DNA of 64,000 nt, taken from assembly GCA_964016885.1 (NCBI GenBank), contig OZ024747.1:78802001-78866000 (forward strand), in the 5' to 3' direction. Positions 27,225-39,420 of this stretch are shown in pieces. This DNA is from Eledone cirrhosa. Lineage: Eukaryota. The first letter of the stretch is position 1. Each line of letters starts with the position of its first letter. The notes below the pieces were generated by a model. The model searched no databases. It had not been told where the DNA came from and saw only the letters and a program-made list of their open reading frames with translations. The position numbers were made by a program, and so were the translations under genes.

Positions 27225-27440
27225 TTAACCTTTTAGCATTTAAACTAGCCAGAATTCTCTCACCTCTTTCTGTTCAAACCGGCTGTAACTGGCTCCCCAA
27301 ACTTAAGCTATTGTGTTCAAAATAAATAATATCAAAATCTCATACATTCTATATTATGTGAGATAATTATGTGAGGTAAAACCTTTATTGCAAAAATACA
27401 ATAGTATATATAGAGGGTAATGTAAATGCTAATGGGTTAA
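27225..27440. mobile_element. TTAA-flanked MITE, second subfamily
   Basis: TIRs ttaaCCTTTTAGCATTTA...TAAATGCTAATGGGttaa. Confidence 0.55.
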
Positions 27441-28797
27441 CAAAGATTCTTTCAAAAAATGATTAGGGAAGTTTTTAGATGAATATAAATACTTCCAAAA
27501 AACTTATGAGTGTAGAAACAGCAGTGATTTTTGTCAGTTTAATATCAAAAGGCTTAAAGACAATTTTTGGAGATACATATCAGAATAAGGTAGTTCAATA
27601 CAACAGCCATACAATATATGCCTGCAAACTGAACAACTTTACCTCATCTCTCTTTACTTGTTTTCAGTAAATTTTCTCTGCAGATTATTACCCTCTGGTT
27701 ATTTCAACTTTATGTCTTGATGTTAAGTATATTATTGAAAATGAAGTTATCTTATGAAATATTATTATTTAGTAACATCATATTTTTTTTTTAACACAAT
27801 ATAATAGGATTTATATAATATCATCTTTTTCTTCTACATATCTATTTTTAAACCTGCAGTGGACTGGTGTCTTGACCAGGAAAGAGTCTTGTACCCTCAG
27901 TCGCTTAACGCCACTGAAACGAGGATAAATTCTGACCTGATAACAAACTTGAACCTTGATTATACTGATACCTATTCTATTGATGTAGAACAAGCAAAAT
28001 CTGCCACAGCAAAATTTAAACCTAGAACTGAAAAGATCAGACATTGAATGCATTAAAGCATCCAGTGAAGCACTAAGTCACAGAGACTTCTTGTATACCC
28101 TAGTAAAAATAATACATATGGAACTATAACTATATGCAACAATAACTTCTTTAGCAATCAAATACCTTAAAATAATTGACACATGGTGTTATCAGACATG
28201 AGGAGATGAAAACCACTTTAAATAATTAAATAACCACAATAAAATATTTTATATATGTTAAAATATAACAAAAATGGTAAAGCATTTTTGCACTCTGAAG
28301 CAGTAACCCACAGAGTACTGTTTGGGTGGTCAGAATATTTAATCATGTGCATTAAAAACTAGAGAATTGTACTAAGAATTCTAGACTAAAAGGTCTTGTA
28401 ACTCAATGCTGCTAGACTGTTTTTTCTATCAAGTTTATATGTCCCATTCTGAGAATGTTAGCTCACTTAAACAGCCAATGTGAAGCCTTTTGGAATTATT
28501 ACAAAAACAAGGCCATATTCTTCTCTGGTGGATCATGTTCAATTAAGTGCTATGACATACAATATATGTCACTAGCTAACACAATTATGGGAAAATACTC
28601 TAAATATCACACCATCTGCAATTGAAAAGAAAAAACAAATAACTTTCCCTATTTTCACAAAATTTAGGAAAAGTTATTTTGTTAGCAAAAATAAAATTTA
28701 GAAATATTACATTAGTGCCATCTACCTGAAACCAAAGATTAGAATCAATCTCTATTGTTCAGTAAATATATTTCAAGTGTTTACATACTTTTAGTCT

Positions 28798-29066
28798 TTA
28801 ACTCTCTTCATACCAATCCACCTATTTTAAAGGGATCCCACTTAAATTAAAACATTCCAGCATAATTTTATATAAGACCCTTTTATGTTTCAAATAACAT
28901 ACAAAGTATTTCATTAATAATTGTTTCTACTTTTGGCACAAGGCCAGCAATTACCCAGTGTATTACTGGTACTTTATTTTATCGACCCCCGTAAGGATGA
29001 AAGGCAAAGTTAACCTCGGCGGGATTTGAACTCAGACCATTAATAATACAGCAGCGAAAGGGTTAA
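28798..29066 (+). mobile_element. TTAA MITE interrupted by a 5'-truncated family A SINE (28916-29040, - strand)
   Basis: MITE ends ttaactct...aagggttaa. The SINE is flanked by the 10-bp direct repeat cattaataat (28912-28921 and 29038-29047). Confidence 0.7.
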
Positions 29067-29926
29067 AACAATAACTATATGATTCCTAAAGTGGAGTTAA
29101 AAAGAGATATGTAGATACGGTATTTTCAATCAACACAGGATAGACTTCTTGCTAGAGTATTTGAACCAAATATTCCCACACATCAGTTATATTATTTCAC
29201 TGCTTGAGTAAAAGTACATCTCATACATCATAATATGAAGATGAGCATAACAAAATGTATGTGCACATATGTATATGAATGTACAAACTTTCACCACTTT
29301 TTACATAAATACTGTCAAAAGATGCACTGTGAGGCTTCAGCTCTGATAGCACCTTACCCCTATAACTTACAGAGAGCTACAAGGTAGCACTGGCATGCCT
29401 TTCAGTGAGCATTCATCACAATCTGTTAATCCGCTTGTCAGGCCTGTATTACTTTCCTTCAAAGTAGTCATTATACTGAATATTAATTTGAATCTGTAAT
29501 TTTTACCCTGATCTAAGTCCACCATTTTCCATTTTCCATGTGCCATTCTATTTCCAAATTGCCTTCATTCATCACTATTGACAGCTACTTAATTCTTCTA
29601 ACTAAAGCCTTGTACTAATTTGATCTGTGTGAATTGATACATATATCAACAGAGGTAAATACCACATGAAACTGTATTAGCAAGAGATTCTTCAAAAGTA
29701 CAAAAGAGTACTATGACTGTGTCACATTAAAAATTAAAGCCTTTACTTTAGTTTACTGCAAATTTCCACAATGGTCTGCCCACTAGTAAATATACTATAA
29801 TCATTTGAATTAATAAACCTGATTTTAGATATTTAATTTATTCTACAAAATTACAGGGCGTTAAGATTTAAAATGTAGAGAAAGCAGATAATAAATGTAA
29901 TATTTCATTGTAGATAACATTATTAG

Positions 29927-30120
29927 GGCGGTGGATTGGCAGTATCGGTAGAGGGTCTGACGCCATGCTTTTCAGCAAAGAGTTACGGCCCTTTATGGTC
30001 TGAGTTCAAATCCCGCCGAGGTTAACTTTTCCTTTCATCCTTATGGGGTCAATAAAATAAAGTACCAGTAATGCACTGGGATAATTGCTGGCCTTGTGCC
30101 AAAAGTAGAAACAATTATTA
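29927..30120 (+). mobile_element. Full-length family A SINE
   Basis: ggcggtggattggcagtatcgg...gagttcaaatcc...core...tail, flanked by attattag on both sides. Confidence 0.85.
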
Positions 30121-30454
30121 GTTCAGGTATCCAATTATGTGTTCCAATACAGAATATTCTGAGTTAAAAAAAAAAACAAGAACCTTGGTATACCTAATGT
30201 CAATGGTTAGGGAGACTATATACCATTAGATCAATATTTTCATGAAGGTTAGGGTGTTTGGCTCACCATTTTAACATTGCAAGTTAAGTTCCCACTGACA
30301 TGTTGTGTCCTCGAGTAAACCATTTTATTTCACATTGCTTCAGTCTACTCAGATGGCAAAATCTGGCTGTACAACTAATTCAAAGGGCCAGCCTTGTTAT
30401 AGACTGTGCCATGCTGAATCTCCCTGAGAACTGTGTTAAGGGTGCATATACACA

Positions 30455-30600
30455 ACAAGGCTTCTGGGCAGTTTCACTCTCAAAGCATTGGTCAACCTGA
30501 GACTATAGTAGAAAACACTTGTCCAAGGTGCCATACAGTGGGACTGAACCCAATACCACATGGTTGCAAAGTGAAAACCTTAACCACACAACCATCCCTG
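30455..30600 (-). mobile_element. Family B SINE 5' part
   Basis: acacttgtccaaggtgccatacagtgggactgaaccc...cttaaccacaca is the reverse complement of the A box, B box and CORE-like segment. Confidence 0.6.
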
Positions 30601-30655
30601 AGCCTACTGTGTGCATTCATATTTTAATAAGTTTCTTTACAACATTATTTAAACA

Positions 30656-30938
30656 AGCAATAGTTTCTAAGATAGGCACAAGGCCAGCAATAGTTTCTAA
30701 GATAGGCACAAGGCCGGCAATATTTGGAGGTGAAGAAAGCCTGTTAAACTGACTCCAGTACTGGACTGTTACTTAATTTTATTGGTACTAGTATTTAACT
30801 GATACTTCATTTTATCAACTCTGGAATGATGAAAGGCAAAGTTGACCTTGGCATGACATAAACACAGAACATAAAGAGCAGGAAGAAATACCAGAAATCA
30901 CTTCATCCAACGCCCTAACAATTCTGCCAATCCACCAC
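30656..30938 (-). mobile_element. Degenerate family A-related SINE with a duplicated 30-bp tail
   Basis: caatagtttctaagataggcacaaggcc occurs twice, followed by core gatgaaaggcaaagttgacct and attctgccaatccacc. Confidence 0.6.
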
Positions 30939-31471
30939 ATTTTATTTGAACTAGTAATATATATTAAACAGTAAACCATGTATGACATTGACATTTTCCC
31001 ATTAGATCTAGACTACCAAAGAATGGGATAAAAAAATAAATGGGAATTTATTTAATTTTGTCTTTCATTTATTTTTCTCGATTCACACAGAGACTTGTGT
31101 ACATTTACGTTATAGTCTTTTGTCTTACTTTCTATTTTTGTAGTGGATTAGTTATCTTTCAATTGGAAGGTGGTCCCCAATTATTTATACAAAAGTAACT
31201 ATAAATATATCGTATGTGGACTATTTATAAGATCAAGTGAAAGCTTTTAAATAACATGCATACAGAAATCTTATGAATATCATCATATAGATAGATACCC
31301 ATTGTCAACTCTTACAACAATTGTAGTTTAGTATAGCAAAAACAAACCTGACAACAAAACAAATGCAACGAAAATGGTAACAATGGTAAAGGTAAAATTA
31401 CACTTATTTGTGAATATAATCATCACCACCATTTAACATTCATTTGCAATTGTGTGTGTGTGAGAGAGAGA

Positions 31472-31835
31472 GATCATCATTATTGCTGTTTAAGCTGTTT
31501 TTTTCCATCTTTGCATGGTTTGGACGAGTGTTTTCCAGCGCATCATCACTCCACTTGTCGTGGTCCTTTGCCAACGACTGTGAACGTCAGTAATTTGAGA
31601 ACAGCTCCCACAACCAGGTCTTCCGTGGCCTCCCTCTAATGTCCCTTTCACTGGAATTTCCTGGCACTTCTTCACCTAATGATCATCATCCATATGCATC
31701 ACATGACCATACCAGTGCAGTCTTCTCTCCATCACTCTACATCTCATTCCTCTTATAACCAGCTTTTCTTGCAGCCAATCTATGCTTTGTCATTCACACA
31801 CATTAGCATTGTACATCCATGGAGCATGCTCACTC
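31472..31835 (-). mobile_element. Old 5'-truncated RTE 3' fragment
   Basis: The minus strand encodes ...RGMRCRVMERRLHWYGHVMHMDDD..VKKC, homologous to the C-terminus at 52200-52320, and ends in the ccaaaccatgca..atggaa..aatgatga tail. Confidence 0.7.
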
Positions 31836-32556
31836 ATTTTAGAAGCATCTATATTTACATCAAAACCTTCCATGATAATTTTATTTTAGAAATTTTTCTC
31901 AAGTAATGTTCTAACTATCAACTTACTAATGAAAAATTTAATTATTTTATTGAATTCCTTCAAATTTTGGGGTTATTTTCAAAATTAATAGAAACACATC
32001 AGCAGTGTATTTCGTTAGAAATATGGTAATGAAAGGGGTAAAGAGAGAGTTGGGGAGAAACATCATAACAGGAAGCTATGCATGGATTCAAATCCTGCAA
32101 ACTAGAGTATATCAAGAACATTGACAGGAAGAATAGCTTCTTATGGATGCATGATATATATCATATCACATCCCACCTAGAAGGATATGCCTTCACTAAT
32201 CACGTTGAAGAGATAGCTACTAAATAGCTGATCAATAAAAGACATAAGAATACCTCCAAACCTTAACATAGTGATACAAAATATTGATTATATGATGCCA
32301 GCATGAAGATATTCCCAACATCATCAGCTTCTTGAAAATGTCTGCAAGGTATTACCTTCCCATGAGATATGGCATTATTGCCAAAATTATTTACAATGGA
32401 GAACTGACCTATTGAAACCAGAATGTATCCAAAAATTACAAATTACAAATAAGGAACATAGGTGAAACAGTAATCTGGTGCAAACACAAAAGACCTGCAC
32501 CGTCACTTTATTTTTGAGGCAATATTGGGTGCTCTTCTTGGCACTAATCCATTTAG

Positions 32557-32928
32557 CCATCTCTTATAACAGGGATAAGGTGTACCCTGTCATCTCTTAC
32601 AACAGGGATAAGGTGTATCCTGCCATATCTTACAACAGGCATAAGGTGTTTTCCTGTCATCTCTAACAACATGCAAGGATAAGGTGTACCCTGCCATCTC
32701 TTACAACATGCAGGGATAAGGTGTACCCTGTCATCTCTTACAACATGCAGGGATAAGGTGCACCCAGCCATCTCTTACAACATGCATGGATAAGGTGTAC
32801 CCTGCCATCTCTTACAACATGCAGGGATAAGGTACACCTTGCCATCTCTTACAACAAGGATAAGGTGTACCCTGCCATCTCTTACAACATGCATGGATAA
32901 GGTGTATCCTGCATGTTGTAAGAGATGA
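32557..32928. repeat. 33/37-bp minisatellite (~10 copies) ending in an inverted copy
   Basis: Unit ccatctcttacaac(atgc)agggataaggtgtaccctg; the array ends with the inverted half-unit cctgcatgttgtaagagatga. Confidence 0.85.
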
Positions 32929-33137
32929 TTCATAGCTAAACAATTAAAGAATAATAAAAGACAGAAAATATATTATTTATATTTCGCAGAGACAACTTCA
33001 CAAAAGTACAACAGTGTTATGTATCTACAAGGATTCCCACCACTAAAATGCTGGAAGGGATGCTATAAAAATGCAATGAAACAAATACTTTACTCCTTTA
33101 ACCTTTAAAACACCAACTTGCCTGAAACTGGTCCTAT

Positions 33138-33346
33138 TAACTCTTTTGATACCAACCTGTCTCAAACTGGCTTAAGTTCTATGGAACAAAACTCTCATTT
33201 TAAAGAGATCCTATATAAATTTTCCAACATAATTTTATATAAGAACCATATATTAAGTTACTAACTTAGTAATGAAATAATTAATAATTCTTCTTTAATT
33301 GAAGTAGAGTGTAATTCATTAGAAATATGGTCATGGGGGGGGTTAA
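33138..33346 (+). mobile_element. TTAA-flanked MITE
   Basis: ttaactcttttgatacc...cattagaaatatggtc..gggttaa. Confidence 0.55.
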
Positions 33347-34772
33347 AGAGTTTAAATTTAAATTGAGACAATTTTATTAGATGACAGATAATATTAAATT
33401 TCAGAAGTTAACTATTTTTTTATTTCTTTTATTGAATTGAAAATTGGTTTATTATACTAAACCTCTCATGATTCTTGATTATTTTGATAATTAACCCTGC
33501 CTGAAACTGCCCATGGATTTAATATAATGAAAGAGTTAAAACAGAAATGCAATACATTCTTGTTAGGAATATAGTCATCTAAAGGTTAAAATATTTTTCT
33601 TAACATATTATATATGAAGAAAGGGTTGGATAATTTTGTTACTTGCTAAGATTGCTGAAGCATTTATTTTTTCCCAGCTTTGGTTTTCTTTTTTACTGTT
33701 AACCTGGTAGCTATTAAGTGGTACTTATTTTCATGATGTCTAAGACAAGTAGAATAATGAGTCTTATTTAGTGGCACAACTTAATACTGGTAACAGTGTT
33801 TTAAATGACTGACATTTAGGCTCTGTACTTCACATCTTATCTTCTCTCTCATACTACGGACATTCTGAATATAGCAAAATCACCACATTCTACAAATTGT
33901 GTTATGTGCAAAAATGTAGTTTGACCATTATACAACAACAAGCATCATGATGACCAACAAGTAGGGACATAGTTACAGCGAAAATTGTCTTATAAGAGCA
34001 CTAGGTAAGTGGCTGTCAGAAACTTTAATACATGAAACATTAAAAAGCTAAAATAGAACAAAACAGGTGGTGAGAAAGAAAAAGCAACATTAGTTGATGT
34101 CTATTTTGTTTTTCAGTCATTTTTCAGAAAGAACAAGCAAAGCCTGACATGTTTCTGCCTTCATTTGGCATCCTCAGCAATGTAGCCTCACCTAAACATG
34201 CCGAATATGTAGCAACTGAATCAATTAGTAAATATAGAGAAATATGTGATTGTTGGCATGGAATATTATTCACTAACGAAATATTGGTCAACTTGAGGCT
34301 ACAGTAGAAGAGACTTTCTGATGGTGTTATGCAATGGTATCGAATCTAAAACCATCTAGTTGTGAAACAAACTTTGCATCCACAGTCATGAAAAATAAAA
34401 ACATGACCTACTACATTGCCTTAATATAGAACATTTCTTTCCTTCTTTTGCAAGCTATTACAATCTTTATTGATCTTCATTATAAATGCAATCTCCGATA
34501 TTAAAAGCAAAATGCAAAAAATATGGTTAGATTAACAACGCTGAAATTGGGATTGGCGAATTCAAGCTTTGTATTAGCATGCCATATATTAACCAAACTG
34601 TTTTCAAATGCACACAGTTCAACTGATAGCATCTTTTTTTCAATTTTCTCCATTCCAAGAATCTCTATCAGAAGTCCGATACTGGAACAACAGCATATCC
34701 ATTAGAAAGCTGCTGTTTTGTTGAAATAAACACCAATACTTTTGATTTTTACTATTTTCTCTGATTAACCGC

Positions 34773-34918
34773 ATATACATATATACATATATACATATAT
34801 ATATACATATATACATATATACATATATATATATATACATATATACATATATATATATATACATATATACATATATACATATATACATATATACATATAT
34901 ACATATATACATATATAC

Positions 34919-34981
<63 letters not shown>

Positions 34982-35002
34982 CATATATATATACATATAT
35001 AC

Positions 35003-35033
<31 letters not shown>

Positions 35034-35054
35034 CATATATATATACATATATAC

Positions 35055-35101
<47 letters not shown>

Positions 35102-35135
35102 CATATATATGTATATATATATATACATATATATG

Positions 35136-35201
<66 letters not shown>

Positions 35202-35239
35202 CATATATATATACATATACATATATATATACATATATG

Positions 35240-35270
<31 letters not shown>

Positions 35271-35271
35271 G
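34773..35271. repeat. (TA)n/(TATACA)n microsatellite
   Basis: Directly visible. Confidence 0.98.
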
Positions 35272-36481
35272 TAACTTTGAATAACTTTGAAATGTTTTGG
35301 CCAGTATTGGCCCAGGCCATGTCTAACTTAATAGCACCACCTGGCGAAGTCTTTCAATTCAGGATTTGGGCACCATGGCCCATTCGAGAAGAGAATTACT
35401 GTTTGCGGAGACATATCCGGGTGTGGGTGGTTTGTCCGGGATTACTTGGAGGAATTTGTCCAAAGACTTCTTGAATTTTGTGTGGTCAGTTTCTGTTTTG
35501 ACGTGTCCTGGTGTGATGTTGAAGAGAGCAGGGCCGATTGAGGTGAAATAATTGTGCCGTATTGTTGTTATGAGTTGCGATTTAGATTTTTGAATGGGAC
35601 GGATAGCACGGGGCCCAAGCCTTGGGTGTATCTTGAAGGCGATGCCAACATCATTTGGGCAGTGATGATGGAACATTTTCCACATCATGCAGATAATATA
35701 ACGCTCACGGCGACGTTGGAGTGAGTAAAGTTTCAGGTTTTCCAATCGACCCCAGTAGTCAAGGTCTGACATGCCATCTATCTTTTTCGTGATTGCCCTT
35801 TGAGGAGCTTCAAGTTTCATGATACTTTGTTTCGTGTGGGGAGACCACAGTGGACAACAGTATTCAAGGTGTGGTCGGGCGAAAGTAGAGAAGAGAAGGA
35901 TAATGGTGCGGGAATCTCTCGACTGGAAGGTTCTGAGGATCCAGGAACACATTCTGCGGGCCATGTCAACTTTGCTGCTTATATGCGTGGTCCAGCTTAT
36001 GTTGCTGTCCACGGTTACTCCCAAGTCTCTGATGTTGTTAGATGCCACGAGAGTTTCCCCGGAGGGAAGGGAGTACGGGAGTTTCAGAGCATCCTCTTTT
36101 CCAAAGTGGATCAGTTCGAATTTGTCTTCGTTCAGTAACATGTTGTTCTTTTCTGCCCATTGGGTAACAGCCAGTAGGTCTGACTGAAGGCTTATCCGGT
36201 CATCCACGCCATTGATGACCTTTTGGAGCTTGGAATCATCAGCGAAAATTTTAATGTTGCTGTGTTTGATGATGTCAGTGATGTCATTAATATAGATGAT
36301 GAAGAGAAGTGGGCCCAACACAGTGCCTTGTGGGACTCCACTACTGACTTTGGCTGGGCTTGATTTGACTCCCTCAACTACAACATGTTGGGTTCTGTTT
36401 GACAGGAAGCTCTTGATCCACTGCAGCAGCTTTCCAGTGACACCAATATTGGACAGCTTTCTCAGTAGAATGTTATGATCA
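35272..36481 (-). mobile_element. 5'-truncated CR1-group LINE (open RT C-terminal frame, stop at 35359)
   Basis: [67 protein letters not shown]. Short 3' UTR ending in a (tcaaagtta)2 tail next to TA. Confidence 0.9.
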
Positions 36482-37613
<1,132 letters not shown>

Positions 37614-37749
37614 TTGGAATAAATGCTCTGAAATAGCGATATATATGTGAATATAGACATAGAATATTCGAAAATATTCTGTATGTTTATAATAAACATT
37701 TTGAAGACCTAATCGCTATAGAATAGAATACGTCACGTATTACAATTAG

Positions 37750-37838
37750 ATTCTCGATAAAAGCAAGGGAAGTAATCTACGCGTTTCATTCTTATTAGAA
37801 ATCTTCAGGACTACATATCCAGTGCTTTTATCGAGAAT
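37750..37838 (-). ncRNA. Type I hammerhead ribozyme on the minus strand (5 copies: cores at ~37802, 38112, 38422, 38732, 39042)
   Basis: gtaatctacgcgtttc...tcttcaggactac is the exact reverse complement of the + strand ribozyme. Confidence 0.88.
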
Positions 37839-39331
37839 GACACAGCTAGAGACTTATAGAATACTTAGCTGTGTACATGAACTGGTTTGAAAGAGCGGTT
37901 GCCGGTCCGGCAGAAATTAGAAATTGGAATAAATGCTCTGAAATAGCGATATATATGTGAATATAGACATAGAATATTCGAAAATATTCTGTATGTTTAT
38001 AATAAACATTTTGAAGACCTAATCGCTATAGAATAGAATACGTCACGTATTACAATTAGATTCTCGATAAAAGCAAGGGAAGTAATCTACGCGTTTCATT
38101 CTTATTAGAAATCTTCAGGACTACATATCCAGTGCTTTTATCGAGAATGACACAGCTAGAGACTTATAGAATACTTAGCTGTGTACATGAACTGGTTTGA
38201 AAGAGCGGTTGCCGGTCCGGCAGAAATTAGAAATTGGAATAAATGCTCTGAAATAGCGATATATATGTGAATATAGACATAGAATATTCGAAAATATTCT
38301 GTATGTTTATAATAAACATTTTGAAGACCTAATCGCTATAGAATAGAATACGTCACGTATTACAATTAGATTCTCGATAAAAGCAAGGGAAGTAATCTAC
38401 GCGTTTCATTCTTATTAGAAATCTTCAGGACTACATATCCAGTGCTTTTATCGAGAATGACACAGCTAGAGACTTATAGAATACTTAGCTGTGTACATGA
38501 ACTGGTTTGAAAGAGCGGTTGCCGGTCCGGCAGAAATTAGAAATTGGAATAAATGCTCTGAAATAGCGATATATATGTGAATATAGACATAGAATATTCG
38601 AAAATATTCTGTATGTTTATAATAAACATTTTGAAGACCTAATCGCTATAGAATAGAATACGTCACGTATTACAATTAGATTCTCGATAAAAGCAAGGGA
38701 AGTAATCTACGCGTTTCATTCTTATTAGAAATCTTCAGGACTACATATCCAGTGCTTTTATCGAGAATGACACAGCTAGAGACTTATAGAATACTTAGCT
38801 GTGTACATGAACTGGTTTGAAAGAGCGGTTGCCGGTCCGGCAGAAATTAGAAATTGGAATAAATGCTCTGAAATAGCGATATATATGTGAATATAGACAT
38901 AGAATATTCGAAAATATTCTGTATGTTTATAATAAACATTTTGAAGACCTAATCGCTATAGAATAGAATACGTCACGTATTACAATTAGATTCTCGATAA
39001 AAGCAAGGGAAGTAATCTACGCGTTTCATTCTTATTAGAAATCTTCAGGACTACATATCCAGTGCTTTTATCGAGAATGACACAGCTAGAGACTTATAGA
39101 ATACTTAGCTGTGTACATGAACTGGTTTGAAAGAGCGGTTGCCGGTCCGGCAGAAATTAGAAATTGGAATAAATGCTCTGAAATAGCGATATATATGTGA
39201 ATATAGACATAGAATATTCGAAACTATTTCAGAGCATTTATTCCAATTTCTAATTTCTGCCGGACCGGCAACCGCTCTTTCAAACCAGTTCATGTACACA
39301 GCTAAGTATTCTATAAGTCTCTAGCTGTGTC

Positions 39332-39420
39332 ATTCTCGATAAAAGCACTGGATATGTAGTCCTGAAGATTTCTAATAAGAATGAAACGCGTAGATTACTT
39401 CCCTTGCTTTTATCGAGAAT
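39332..39420 (+). ncRNA. Type I hammerhead ribozyme (representative copy; repeats every 310 bp to 42772 on +, 12 copies)
   Basis: Helix I GUAGUC/GAUUAC. Core CUGAAGA (39362-39368). Helix II UUCU-AAUA-AGAA. GAAA (39383). Palindromic helix III ACGCGU. GUA cleavage triplet, predicted cut after 39392. Helix I is extended by the perfect 16-bp stem AUUCUCGAUAAAAGCA/UGCUUUUAUCGAGAAU. Confidence 0.88.

Noticed and set aside
34687-34724. Possible pre-miRNA hairpin (aacagca...tgctgtt)
   Set aside because: The stem is too short and no known mature miRNA is recognised.
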